Shown in pieces: positions 22,811-37,043 of a DNA stretch of 64,000 nt. The stretch comes from Felis catus (Eukaryota): assembly GCF_018350175.1 (NCBI RefSeq), contig NC_058374.1, forward strand, positions 141,856,001 to 141,920,000, written 5' to 3'. Each line of letters begins with the position of its first letter. The first letter of the stretch is position 1. A program made the translations under genes and the position numbers. The notes beneath the pieces are model-generated. The model saw nothing but the letters and a program-made list of their open reading frames with translations, made no database searches and was not told the origin of the DNA.

Positions 22811-24232
22811 GCCCACCTGTACCTGCTCTTAACTCTGGATGAGGGTGAATCCAGGAATAGACTCCAGTTTATTGGCGGGGCTTCCTCCCCGGCCCCACCC
22901 CTCCCTTCCCCACCAGGGTACCTCAAACCACATCCGTTGGTCATTGGTACCTGCTGGGCAGGGATGCTGAGTACACCTGCACACCTGCTCCTCCTCTACC
23001 TCCACCATTCTCTCTCACTTTCCCTGGTTAGGGCTTCAGCTGGAGTTAAGCATTTAGTAAGTAGTTGTATGTGCAGCTGGTGGAGAGGGAATGGGAAAGA
23101 AATTGTTTTGATTTGGTATGGGGAGTGACGAGGAGGAGGCTAGTACCTACCCCTAGGAGCACAAGTCTGGGGAACCAAGAGAGAGGAGTACCCAGCTCTC
23201 CCCTTGGGAGTCCTGAGTGGGGTACCCAAGGGGGAGCTGGAGAACTTGGTCCTGTTATGGGGGCTGATGGGGTGGGGGGAACCTAAATTCCATCCTGGGG
23301 GTGAGAAGCCTGGACCCCATCTTTGGGGGACTTTGTCTAGGCCAGGCTTGAAGTTGGAGATTGCCTGTAGGCTGCTAACTGACCTCTTTGAGGTCAGACG
23401 TTCTGGTCTGGAGAGGAGGCATCTTCTAACCTTGTAGCCTATAGCCAGCCGGGTAGGTACCAGGTCCAGGCTGACCTTGTCACCCACTCCCCTTGTAGAA
23501 TCTTGTTCATGAGTTGCAGGCATAAGGCCTCTGGCAGCTCCAGCTGCTGTCCAGACCTGGCCAGGGCCTGGGTCAGCACCACTTTCTTCTTCAGATCTAT
23601 GCCTCCCAGTGGCATGGCCACTAGCACGGCCTCTAGGCATGGAATACGGTGGTGGTGTAGCCATGGGGGGGGGGGGGGGAGGGGGGAGGTGTGTTGTGTT
23701 CTCACAGCGGTGGGTTATCTTGAGGTCACTGACAGTGCTGGGGCACTGTCCCCAGGACAGTTGTGGCGTCCCCAGGGGAAAGCGGTCTCGGGCTGACCTC
23801 AGGGTTAGGGGTGCCCAGAAGTTCCCACGCACCGATTTGCGCGCCCTGCGCCCTCCCCAACATAGCGCACACGAAGCCCCGCAGGTCCCCCTAGCTCAGG
23901 GGGCTTTCGTCTCTCTTCAGGCGGGTCAGACCCGGGAGTTGCTTGAGCTCCCTCCCCCTGAAAGGTCACCAGGCGCCCCTGGGCCGTGGGTCCCTAGGAC
24001 GCCATCGCTCCGAGCCTGCGGGGTGCGAGACCGCCGGAACCTGCGGCCGCCCTGTGTCCGGGTGTCTGCAGCAGGTGTACCTGTCCCGACCCTGATCCCG
24101 GTCTCTCCCTCTCATGTCCGCCCCTCTGTACCGTGTCTGTGGTGCCCGTGTGCGTGTCTCCGTGTCTGGCTCCTACTCGTCGGCCTCACAGCCTGACCCC
24201 GGCCTGTACCTGTCCGGTACGGCGGCCCTCAC

Positions 24233-24420
24233 CTATCCTGCTCCAGACTCCGGGCGGGTGCGGTTTGTCGTCCCGCGGCCACAGGACGGCGGGTGGGCGG
24301 GGTCTCCCGGACAGGCGGGACTCTCGGCCAATGGTCGCCCCAGGCCCTTCTGTCTCGGCCAATCAGGAAGGCCCGCGGGCGCGCCCCTTCCGGGACTTCC
24401 CGGGCCGGCCCGCCCGCGGA
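24233..24420 (-). promoter_or_regulatory. Retained TYMP-position promoter / exon 1
   Basis: Two CCAAT boxes 31 bp apart (24328-24332, 24359-24363), GC boxes, NF-kB-like GGGACTTCCC (24392-24401), intact AG|GTGAGG donor at 24233/24232, CpG-dense. Confidence 0.6.
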
Positions 24421-24561
24421 GCTCCGGGGACCCGTGGACCCCAGCGTCCCGCCGCGCACGCCCCGCGTCCCGCGCGCCCGCCGCGAACACACAGGGGCGG
24501 ACACGCTGCTGGCTCGGGAGGCTTTAAGCAAACGTTTGTGGGGCCACGCCCGCCCAGCGGG

Positions 24562-26466
<1,905 letters not shown>

Positions 26467-26553
26467 TTAGGGGCATCCGGCCAAGACACTGGGGCGAGGA
26501 GGCGACATGGGGAACCTGGTGCCCAGAGGGTGCTCCAGAGTTGATGCACTAAC

Positions 26554-26720
26554 CTGCTCTTGTGGCTCCCGGCGGGGAAGGCAAGGTGGGGTGCCCGGAT
26601 GCCTGCCCCCTCCGGGCCCGACTCTCAGACCCCATTGTGTCCAGGTTCCGCCTCCTGGCAACGGGGCTGACCGCCCCTTACCCCAACCTGGCTCCGCCCC
26701 CCGCAACCCAGCCCTGGAGG
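26554..26720 (-). promoter_or_regulatory. Probable ODF3B non-coding exon 1 / promoter
   Basis: CAG|GTTAG donor at 26554/26553; exon 2 acceptor at 26186; X-box-like GCCTCCTGGCAAC (26650-26662) and GC box near 26693. Confidence 0.45.
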
Positions 26721-27014
26721 CTTCTCCGCGGAGTCGTCGCCGGTGCCGCCGCCCTGCAGGCAGGGCCTTGAGCCAGAGCACTGGCCTGGCTCTTCGCTGG
26801 GCTTCAGTGCCCCCATTCCAGAAGTGTACGGCGCCCTGACAAATTCTCATTTAAAAACCACTGGATCAAAGAGAAACTCAAATGTGAAGTTACACGTTAT
26901 GTAGAAAACATTGCAAAGGTAGATCCCTCATACCCAACTCTACAGGACATAGCTACAGCTGTGTTCAGTGGAAAACGTATAGCCTTAAATAACTCTATTT
27001 AGGCTATACGTTTT

Positions 27015-28154
27015 CATTATTTTTTAAAGTTTATTTATTTTGAGAGAGAGTGCTATCAGGGGATGGGCAGAGAGAGAGGGAGAGAGAGAGAATCCCAAGC
27101 AGGCTCTGCACTGTCAATACAGAACCGATGTGGGGCTTGAACCCAAGAACCCCGAGATCATGACCTGAGCTGAAACCAAGAGTCAGATGCTTAACTGACT
27201 GAGCCACCCAGGTGCCCCTAAATAACTTCATTATTAATGAAGGAAAAATTTAAGTAAAGAAACTTAGTGTTTATCTTACAAACAGAAAAAAAAAGCAGTG
27301 AAGGAAATGAAAAGAATGTGTCCATTTTACCCAGCTCTGCCAGTCACCTGCCTACTCTCGGAAGGGGGCAGGGGATGAGAAGGAGTGCCCAGTGGTTTGT
27401 GGGAATTCTGGTCTTTGCCAAGGGAGCTCTGAGCCCAGTGTGGCATGGAACGTGAGGCAAGCTGGGGATTGCTGGGAGCTGCGCATCTGGGCCCTCCAGG
27501 GGGGACCTGAGGGCCGAAAGGGAGAGGCAGGTAGAGGGTGCATTGTCTAAAGAGAATTTTAAAATAACACTGAGGGTGTGCCAAATTGATCAGCCTTTTA
27601 TTATCCTTATGAGACCAGCAATTCTAAAGAAGGTCAGAGAGAAGATAACTCCTACCCCACAAATCTTCTGTTAGTGGTTTAAAAAGATACTGTGGTTACT
27701 GTTGAATTTTAATAGCATATATGTAAGTTTCAATTTAGCAATTTTTATTACCTTTATTAAATGTTGTATTCTGTATGGAAGTTAATGCAGACTCCCTACA
27801 AGTTGTTCTTAGGGGACTCAGTGCCTCATGCTTGGACATTCGAAACGGCTTTTGGAGCTCAAGGGGCAGTTGTGTCTCCTCTCCCCGAGGTGACACATAT
27901 TTCTCCTTTTAAGCCTTAGATTTGAGATGAGCAATGAGACCAGAGTGATTACAAGAAGGAAGAAGAAACGGAACTCAGTTTTCGCACTTTTGTAATTCTG
28001 TGACCATTTGGAGTTTTTATTTGTGTTTAAGATTTTAAATAGTGAGGGACTCCTGGGTGGCTCAGTTGGTTGTGTCCGATTCTTGATTTCAGCTTAAATT
28101 GGTGAGTTCAAGTCTCGCATCGGCCCCGTTCTGACAGTGCGGAGACTGCTTGGG

Positions 28155-28201
<47 letters not shown>

Positions 28202-28225
28202 AGAAATAAATAAATTTAAAAAATT
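27015..28225. mobile_element. Two Can-SINEs (about 27015-27218 minus; about 28047-28225 plus)
   Basis: SINEC heads, (CT)n and A-rich tails. Confidence 0.8.
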
Positions 28226-29429
28226 AAAATACTGAGATAGGGCAAGGTGTACTATTTTTGTTTGGTTGGTACAAACTTTATTTCATATGTGAAGTATTTT
28301 ACTGAATTACAATATTTCAAAAACAAAAATATTTTAAAATTGCTCATTTTAATTGCTAATTAAAGAATGAGTCAATAAAATCATTATTGCTGCTTATTAG
28401 ATGATGATTTCTGAAAAGCATGTTGCAGGATACCAGAGGGGGTGTTGACAGAAGATCCCCCATAAAATCAGACACACCAGGTTGGTCCACCCAGACGTGG
28501 GATCTGGGGTGCACTGAGCTGTGAGCTGTGGGCTTCCAGGGGCTCGCAGCAGCTTGGCCATCCAGGGCCAGCATTTGAGTGGGAACCGGGAACTGAGTGG
28601 GAAGTTCCAGGACTGGTGTGCACCCCTGTGCCCCAGGACTCCCCATCTGCCCAGGACTCTGCCTGGGCTCAGCAACCAGGTGCAGGAGCAGCGGCTGTAG
28701 AAAGACAGAAAGTCGGGGAAGGATGAGCTCCTAGAATGTGTGGGCAGAAAATGAGGGCTGGGGGCAGGACTAGATTCCTGGGGTTAGTGGACAGTGATGG
28801 GACCTGGTTTTTCCTCGTTTGCCTTTGTTTCTTCAGCCAATGAATCATTTATTTCCCTCCTCCATGGAAATAGCCGAATTTCTACCCAAGATATAAGCGT
28901 GGTGCATCCAGCTGTAAGGAAAAAGCCAACCTATGCAGAAAGACACACAGCCAGAAGCAGAGCACCCTGGATGCTTGTCTTATCCCAGAATGGGCTTGTC
29001 TTGCCCACGTGATTCTGTGCCTTCCTGTATGATGACTTAACCAGTCCTCATTCATAGATATTTGGGTTGGTTCTGCAGCTTAAGATTGTGATCCCAGCTA
29101 CTCTGAATTCTACTAAATTAATCTTCATAAATTTACCCAAATAGTTCTTTGGGATAAACTTCCTAATGTGGGACTGCGGGGTCAAGGGGATGATGATTTG
29201 GCGAATGTTGCCTAATTGCCGTCCTCAGAAGTGCAGCCTCCCTAGAATGCTCGCCAGTGAGGGTGCTGACTGAGCCTCTTGCTTGCTGTTGTGTCTCCAG
29301 TGGGCCATAAATATTTGATGAATAAATAGATTAATTTATACTTTCTTCAGTGAATTGTGTTTCTTTTTCTGTACACACTAACCAGTGAAGGTTAAGATCA
29401 ACCTTTTAAATAGAGCCAAATATATTCAT

Positions 29430-29660
29430 AGAGCATGTATTATGTGTCAGGCACTATACTGAGTACTAATTTGCTGAAATTATTTTATTTAATCCTCACA
29501 GCAAAGTTGGAGTAAAGTGCTATTATTTATTCCAATTTTACAGATTAGGAAACTACATGAAGGCATGAAGGGTTACATGCTTAGAGAGTGGTGGAACTGA
29601 GACTCAGATCCAGACTATCTGGCTCTCACACTCTAGACCCTTAATGAATCACACTACCTC
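29430..29660 (-). mobile_element. MIR SINE
   Basis: tattatgtgtcaggcact...tttaatcctcacagc...attttacagattaggaaact core. Confidence 0.7.
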
Positions 29661-29889
29661 TATACCTTGGCCAGTCTGATGTGAAAATAAGGTCTTGTTT
29701 TGTTGAGATTTGCATTTCATTGGTTCTTAGGAAGAATGAACATATTTCATATATTTATTGGCCATATCTATTTCGTCAAACTGCCTGTTCACGTGTTTCT
29801 ATCAAATTTTCTGTTGTTTTTTTCATATTTTTCTTATTGACTTGTAAGACATTTATTTAAAATATTTTATTTTCTGATTTTTATGTAAA

Positions 29890-30748
29890 CCTTTTTTAAG
29901 GTTTATCTTTGAAAGAGAGAGAGAGAGAGAGAGACAGAGCATGAGTGAGGGCGGGGTAGAGAGAGAAAGACACAGAATCTGAAGCAGGCTCCAGGCTCCG
30001 AACTGTCAGCACAGAGCCCAGTGTGGGGCTTGAACCCACAGACTGTGAGATCATGACCTGAGCCGAAGTCGGAAGCTTAACCACTGAGCCACCTGGGCTC
30101 CCCTAAAAGATTTTATTTTATTTTATTTTTTTATTTTTTTTCAATGTTTATTTATTTTTGGGACAGAGAGAGACAGAGCATGAACGGGGGAGGGGCAGAG
30201 AGAGAGGGAGACACAGAATCGGAAACAGGCTCCAGGCTCTGAGCCATCAGCCCAGAGCCTGACACGGGGCTCGAACTCGCGGACCGCGAGAACGTGACCT
30301 GGCTGAAGTCGGACGCTTAACCACTGCGCCACCCAGGCGCCCCTAAAAGATTTTATTTTTAAGTAATCTCTACACCCAATGTGGGGCTCAAACTCACGAC
30401 CCTGAGATCAAGAGTTGCATGCTTCACCGACTGAGCCAGCCAGCACCCCAAGACATCTTTATGTTACATATTTAACTTTAGGGGTCATATGTTTTCCAGA
30501 TTTGTAGTTTTTCTTTCTATTTTGTTATTGGTAATCTTTTGCTGTACAGAAAAAATATGTTTTTATATAGTCCAATATGTCAAAAGTTTCCTTTTGGGCT
30601 TCTAGCTTTGGGGCCCAGCAGCTCAACACTGGAACACTGTTCTATTGTTTATCCTAGCACACACACTCACACACACAAACCTATGATTTCAAAGTTTTCA
30701 TCATTTGGAATTTATTCTGTGTGTAGTTTTTTTTTAATGTAAATAACT

Positions 30749-30792
<44 letters not shown>

Positions 30793-30977
30793 TGTTTATT
30801 TTTAAGAGACCAAGGGAACATGAGCAGGGGAGGGGCAGAGAGAGACACAGAATCGGAGGCAGCCTCTGGGCTCTGAGCTGACAGCACAGAGTCTGATGTG
30901 GGACTTGAATTTATGAACTGTGAGATCATGACCTGAGCTGAAGTCAGATGCTTAACCAGCTGAGCCACCCAGGTGTT
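29890..30977 (-). mobile_element. Stacked Can-SINEs including a young felid SINEC_Fc (30120-30343)
   Basis: 16-bp TSD TAAAAGATTTTATTTT at 30104-30119 and 30344-30359; further copies at about 29890-30103, 30345-30450, 30748-30977. Confidence 0.88.
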
Positions 30978-32034
30978 CCTATTCTGTGTATAGTATGAGG
31001 GAAGAATATACTTTATTGTCCTGTCTTCCAATACCATTTTTCAAAAAAAACATCATTTCCTTGATTATTTGAATTGCTAACTTGATCATATACTAAACTC
31101 CCCTAGGTTTGTTTCTGGGCTCTAAATTCCTATCTGTCTATCCCTGCACCTACACTGGAATGTTTCGTTATGGGCTTCTAGTGTCTTTTGATTTCTGATA
31201 GGGCAAGTCCCTTCTGTTTTGGCTTCCTCTCCAAAATTACTTGGAACATTTTACACATTTTTTTTTCCCCTACGTGAATTTCTGAATGAGTTGAAATTGA
31301 TTGAAATTGCATTGGCTGCATAGATTACTTTGGGGAGGATGGACTGGATTATGGTTTTGAGTTTACCAGTTTAGGAACAGGTTATATTTCTGTAGGTCCA
31401 GGTTGGATCTGTTGTGACTCTGAGTAAAGCAGTGATGATGGAGAGAGAAGGAGAGAGTGTGGTTGGAGATAGGTTTTGGTGCTAAAACTGACACGCTTTG
31501 GTAATATATTGGATGTAAGCGATAAAGGAAAGGTGGGGATCACTCGTTGCTTCTGCTTTGATGGACGGAGCAGTGTGCCACTTTCACTCCGTCCCCTCCC
31601 AGCACTAAACCCCTCCCCCCTTCTGTTTGCACCGACACTGCCCAGCCCCCCCTACACCTCCCCTTTGCCAGCTGGCATGGTGCTAGGTTTTGTCCATAGG
31701 GGGTGCCGGAGGGACACCGCAAGGACTGGCCTAGAGAAGGGCCTTCATTCCTTGCGGCGCGCTGTTTGGTGCAGAGGCCAGGATCCGATGGCGGGAGGCG
31801 GGAGGCTGTCACCTGAGCAGCCCAGCTAGGCCAGCTGCGTCCTGCCTGCACCCTCTCAAGTTTCTGCACCGTGTGGCAGCTGCTCTTGCCCGCCAGCTCA
31901 GACTCGCGCCCTCTTTTCTTCTCCACCTGTGGAAGCCACACCCTCCAGAGAAGAGGAGCCTCACCCTTGTGGCAGGTGTGGGGCTCTTCCAGGTTCTGGG
32001 TTCTTCTCTCTGTCAGCCCTGGGTGTGCAGCTGG

Positions 32035-32270
32035 GAGCCTTGAACAACACGGGTGTGACCTGCACATCCCCTTATAGGCTGATGTTTTCCATGAATACAG
32101 TACAGTGTTGTAAATACTTTCTTATGACTTTCTGAGTGACACTGTAGCTTTATCGTAAGAATACAGTACATAATACATAAAACATTCAAGATGTGTGTTC
32201 CCCACTGTTTCTGTCATCAGTACTAGGTAAATTTTGGGGGAATCAAACGTCACATGTGGATTTTTTCAGT
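32035..32270 (+). mobile_element. Tigger2-like (TcMar) DNA transposon fragment
   Basis: ccttgaacaacacgggtgtga... terminal motif and tttatcgtaagaatacagtacataatacat internal motif. Confidence 0.6.
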
Positions 32271-33099
32271 GGGGGGGGGTCCCTTGGAACACTCTTCTGT
32301 CTACTTGAGGGGGAATCTCCTTTTCTTAGTTAACACTTCTTCATCGCATTTTCTTCCTGTTTGCATTACTGGTGTGGTTTTGAAGCTTCTGACTGGAACT
32401 CAATTCACAGAAAATGGATAGAGAGGTCATTTCTGAGGTTAAGCTGATGGGGAGCGGGGCAGTTTGGGCGAGTGAATCAATCACGCTCGGTGCAGAAAAC
32501 AGAAACCGCTCTCAAGTAGTTATGGCAGAAATGGATTTATTACAGGGGACACTACAGAATCTTCAGATGGGCTGGTGCGTGTGGACTGAGAGGTGGCCCC
32601 TTGAGTCTGAGAGACTTGGGTAGCCGTGACTGTGAGGCCAGGAACTTGGGGCCTTGTTGTCTCTCTCCTGCCAACCGCACCCCACCCTGCCCTGACAGCC
32701 ATCGCTGTGGCATCGTGTGCCCAGAGACTGCATGGCCACCCTGCCTCCTGTGTCGTCCCATGAGCGTGCATTTGATGCAACCACTCCCTTCGGAAGTCCC
32801 ACCGCAAGGGGGTCTGAAAAATGTGGTTTTTCAGCTTTTAGGTTCTGAAATACAGGAAAATGCATAGAAGCAGCTGATGACAATGGAAGTTGAATGCAAC
32901 TGGCCGTATCCAGAAAGGTGGAAAGATCAAGTCTTGATTTGAGCGTCTGAGGTTCAAGATGGCTATTACGCCCCCAGCCGAAGATGTTGACTGGGGAGAC
33001 GCACGCACCTGGGGCTCAGTGGCGACGTCTAGCTTGGAAACGGGCCTGGAAAGCATCCTCGAGCCCTGGGAATGGATGGGATCCCTTAGAGCAGGGGCC

Positions 33100-33250
33100 A
33101 CTAAGCCAGCCTGCCTCATCTACTGTTTTCTATGGTGGCTTTCATGCTGTAATAGCAAAGCGGAGTAGTTACCGGAGACCATATGACCTGCAGAGGCAAA
33201 AATAGTTATTACCTGGCTCTTTACAAAAGCAGACATTGTGAACCCCTGAC
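33100..33250. mobile_element. MER58-like hAT DNA transposon
   Basis: gagaccatatgacctgcagagg...ttattacctggctctttacaaaag...acccctg. Confidence 0.6.
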
Positions 33251-36200
33251 GTAGAGCGGATGTGGGTGAAGGAAAGGGAAAGCTCTGGGTTCTCGGCCAC
33301 TAGGGCAGTCCCAGGCTAGAGATTTGGCAGAAATGAGCACTCTGACACATAAATCACAAAGAAGCGACAGTCTCCTGGGCTTGGGTCTAAGGCCACATCT
33401 CAGCTATTCCATAAGCCATCAGGTGGTGTGACATTTGCTGAGCACAGCTTCTCAAGGTTCTGTGGTCCTCCTGGGTGATGGTTATGTTGGTAGAGCGATA
33501 TTTTGCCATCTACAGTGAGAGCGGGTCAGATTGCAGGAAGACACGTCCATCCCCAACCACATTACTGTGACAGAAACTCCCCCACAAGTACCTTACATGG
33601 CTGCCAAAGGTGCCATTTTCGACGAACATCATTAGATCGACATCACGGTTCCTGGGGCAATTTCCTCTTACGTTATCGGGCCATCTTGCTGTCCGGCCCA
33701 CATTAGGCATCATTCATGTGGTAGCGCAGCAACCATGTGACAGGAACTACACGACGGTCATTGCCATCCGCAAGGCTTGGGAGGGCCCACAACAGGCCCA
33801 GGCACACTTGTGTCTGGCAAGAAGGGGAGGAACCAGCAACCAGTGAGGCACAAGGAAAACCAAGAGGAATGGCACAGTGAGGGCTGAGCTGAGAAAACAT
33901 TTCAAGAAGCCTGCACTGGCCAGCTGTGTGATATTACTGAGACTGAGGAAGGCCAATTTCCCGAAGCTAGTGAAACGGAATCGTGGACGACGAAGATAGC
34001 TAAACTCCTGAATAAAAAACACTGAGCCCAGAGGAAGGACAAGTGCAATGCGCACAAGTATACGCTCGAAAACAACTCCCTGGCAAACCGAAATTTTCGA
34101 AGGTGAAGGACGCACAATAGAACAATGATGTCAGCCTCAAACTTGCAGTCTCTGAACTACAGCAGAGAATGGTCATGGCTGAAATGTGAACAGGTGGCCT
34201 GGACCACCAGGGAGAAAGCATAGGAAACAAAAGGAGATGGAAACCATGAGGAACAACGATAAGCCTGTTGGAGGAGAGGCACAGATGTATGTGACTAGAC
34301 GCGGGTGTTCCCAAAGGAGAAAAAGGAAAGGGTGGCACAGAGGCCATACTTCAATGAAAAGTAGAAGAGAACTCTGCTCAGCTGGAGACAGACTCAAGTC
34401 TGGGAAGCAAAGAGATCCCTGAATCCCAGGGTGGCCTGCTAAGAAAACATAATGATCTGATTCTAAGAAAAGATGCCCTATAAGCTTCTGGGAAGAAAAC
34501 CCAAATTACCTACAAAAAGAAAAGTCAGAATGGCATCAGGTCTTCCTCTTCAACACCAGGCGCTGGAGAACGGTGGGATAGCAAGACCACGGTAGGAAAA
34601 GACGCAGCCTGGAACCCATGGCCCAGTCGGAACAGCCTCCACCTGCCAGAGCACAGCACAGGGCTGGAATGTTCCAGAAGTCAGGGGCAGAGCATCCAGG
34701 TAGCAGTGAGGAAAATAGTAGGGAAAGATGAAAGACAAACGGCAGATACACCAGAACCAGGCCCTGATACAGCGGCAAGGAAGAAACGTTGTTGAGCAAG
34801 GAATCTCTATCCCTATACAAGCACGCGCATGCACACACGTCCGCAATTCACACATACACGTGTGCACACACACACACACGGTGTGGGGGAGGTTCTAATA
34901 AAGATTAAACTGTTCCAGTAGAACAGATGCTTGGGAGAGGTAAAAATCTTTCCAAACTTCTCATGGAGATGGGGAGACAGGGAGAGAAATGGGAGAGAGA
35001 AATTATTCTAGAGGTTTTATCTTGTGGAGGGATCTTGTTAGGAGAGCATATTAAACTTCTTGTTTGTGACCAGTGGTACAGTCATAAGTGTCTGAATTAA
35101 GAGAGCAGGGAAGGAAAATGAACAGCAGTGGAATAGAAAACTATAGGAGAGTTTCCAAATGAAAAAGCAAGAAAACAGAGAATAGCAAAAACAAAAACCC
35201 CTGACCTCCCCCTCCATGGGGGTGATGGGAGGAGGGAAAAAACACAAAAATTAGAAACAAAATAAAATGTAAAGAATAAAACAAACGAATTCTTACACAA
35301 GCTGATGTGTTCCTGGGTGGGGGCCAGAGAAGGGAAGGGAGGACGCTACTCCTAGATCACACAGCCAGTTGTGCGTGTTGTGCACTTGTATAACGTGCAT
35401 GTCTGTGGGAATATGTGTGTTTCAAGTTACTTGAAATACATGTAAAGAAAACACATTTCTCAGCTGTTACTCCTTGATTTATTTATTAACTACTGGTTGT
35501 TGATAGCAGCTGTCAGCCTAGTGAACCCAACAGAATTTCTAAATTGTTGAGGCAGAAGTCTAGACATCCCTTCACTCTTTAGGAGGCTTTGTTGACAACA
35601 GACCCACCCTGACTGAGCCAGTCTGCCAAGACACAGCAAGGCCTTGGTTGATGTCTGTGTCCCGTTGCTCGGTTCCTCCTACACACACCTTAGTTCTCTA
35701 TATGCACACTGCTGGGGGCTGTTCCTGGGCCTGGACACTTTTCTAAAAGTAGGTTTCACGAGGAGGGCCTGGGTGGTTTAGTCCATTAGGTGTCCGACTT
35801 CAGCTCAGGTCACGATCTCACAGTTGGTGAGTTGGAGCCCCACGTTGGGCTCTGTGCCGAGAGCTCAGAGCCTGGAGCCTGCTTCGGATTCTGTGTCTCC
35901 CTCTCTCTCTGACTTTCCCTGGCTCACACTCTGTCTCTCTCCCTCTCTCAAAAATAAGTAAACATTGAAAAAAGAATTAAAGTAGGCTTCACACCCAGTG
36001 GGGAGCCCAAGGCATGGCTTGAACTCATGACCCTGAGATCAAGTCCTGAGCTGAGATCAAGAGTCAGACGCTTAACCCATTGAGCCACCCAGGTGCCCCT
36101 GGGCCTGGACATTCTTTGATTTATTTCTTGTCACTTGGAGAAACTAGACAGGACTAGTCACTCTTTGGGAAACCTACAAATATATAATGGGATCTGTGTT

Positions 36201-36681
36201 CCTGGTCATCCTTGCTGTTGGAACCTTACATGGGTGCCTTCAGAACATCTATGACCGGTCTATGCTGCAGAATAATGACACTTTGGGGACTGCTTATAAT
36301 ATTTACACTCTTAGCCATTTGTAAGGGCACAATTCAGGGGCATTAAATACATTCACAGTGCTGTGTACTCATCACCACCATCTCTACCCAAAACTTGTTC
36401 ATCATGGCCAACATAAACTCTGTGCTCATTAAAAAAAAAAACTCCTTCTCTTCTCTCAGTCCCTGTTAACCCTAATCTACTTTCTGTCTCTATGAATTTG
36501 ACTATAAGGTACCTCTTATAAGTGAAACACAGAATATTTGTCCTTTTGTGTCTGGCTTATTGCACTCAGCATAATGTTAATTATACATTATGGACATTTG
36601 GGCTGTTTCTTCCTCTTGGCTATTATGAATACTGCTGCTATGAGCATGTATGTACAAATGCTTATTTAAGGGTCTATTTTT

Positions 36682-36897
36682 TTTTAATTTTTTTCAACGT
36701 TTATTTATTTTTGGGACAGAGAGAGACAGAGCATGAACGGGGGAGGGGCAGAGAGAGAGGGAGACACAGAATCTGAAACAGGCTCCAGGCTCTGAGCCAT
36801 CAGCCCAGAGCCCGACGCGGGGCTCGAACTCATGGACCGCGAGATCGTGACCTGGCTGAAGTCAGACGCTTAACCGACTGCGCCACCCAGGCGCCCC
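36682..36897 (-). mobile_element. Young SINEC_Fc
   Basis: Near-consensus felid SINE; TSD TAAGGGTCTATTTTT on both sides. Confidence 0.92.
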
Positions 36898-37003
36898 TAA
36901 GGGTCTATTTTTAATTCTGTTAGGTATATGCCTAAAATTGGTGGGTCATACGGTAATTGTATGTTTAATTTTTTTTAGCAGGATTTTTTAAAAGTTTATT
37001 TAT

Positions 37004-37043
<40 letters not shown>

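Larger units (their letters stand above)
20762..24015 (-). pseudogene. TYMP: Thymidine phosphorylase unitary pseudogene (exon 2-6 and 8-10 remnants)
   Basis: At the syntenic position between SCO2 and ODF3B. Remnants: ex2 23833-24015 (KQLPGLTRLKRDESPLS*GDLRGFVCAMLGRAQGAQIG); ex3 23431-23632 (VLTQALARSGQQLELPEA...K-fs-STRGVGDKVSL); ex4 22823-22950 (VPMTNGCGL...KLESIPGFTLIQS*EQ); ex5 22277-22406 (M*...GQGKKLVPVDGLLYEAR...IDTLLVIT); ex6 about 21326-21422 (SILSQKMV...VVDLK); ex8 about 21055-21218 (GRFEWM...LDLGLAPGLCS...EEELHVPMD); ex9/10 about 20762-20934 (GTAQLIRA...AEL*VGVGRRL/ALQG...SDRAPFATSSSFADLFPP). Confidence 0.93.

Noticed and set aside
23140-23832. 230-aa and 88-aa minus ORFs as a truncated functional TYMP
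   Set aside because: Each contains only half of frameshifted exon 3 plus intron sequence
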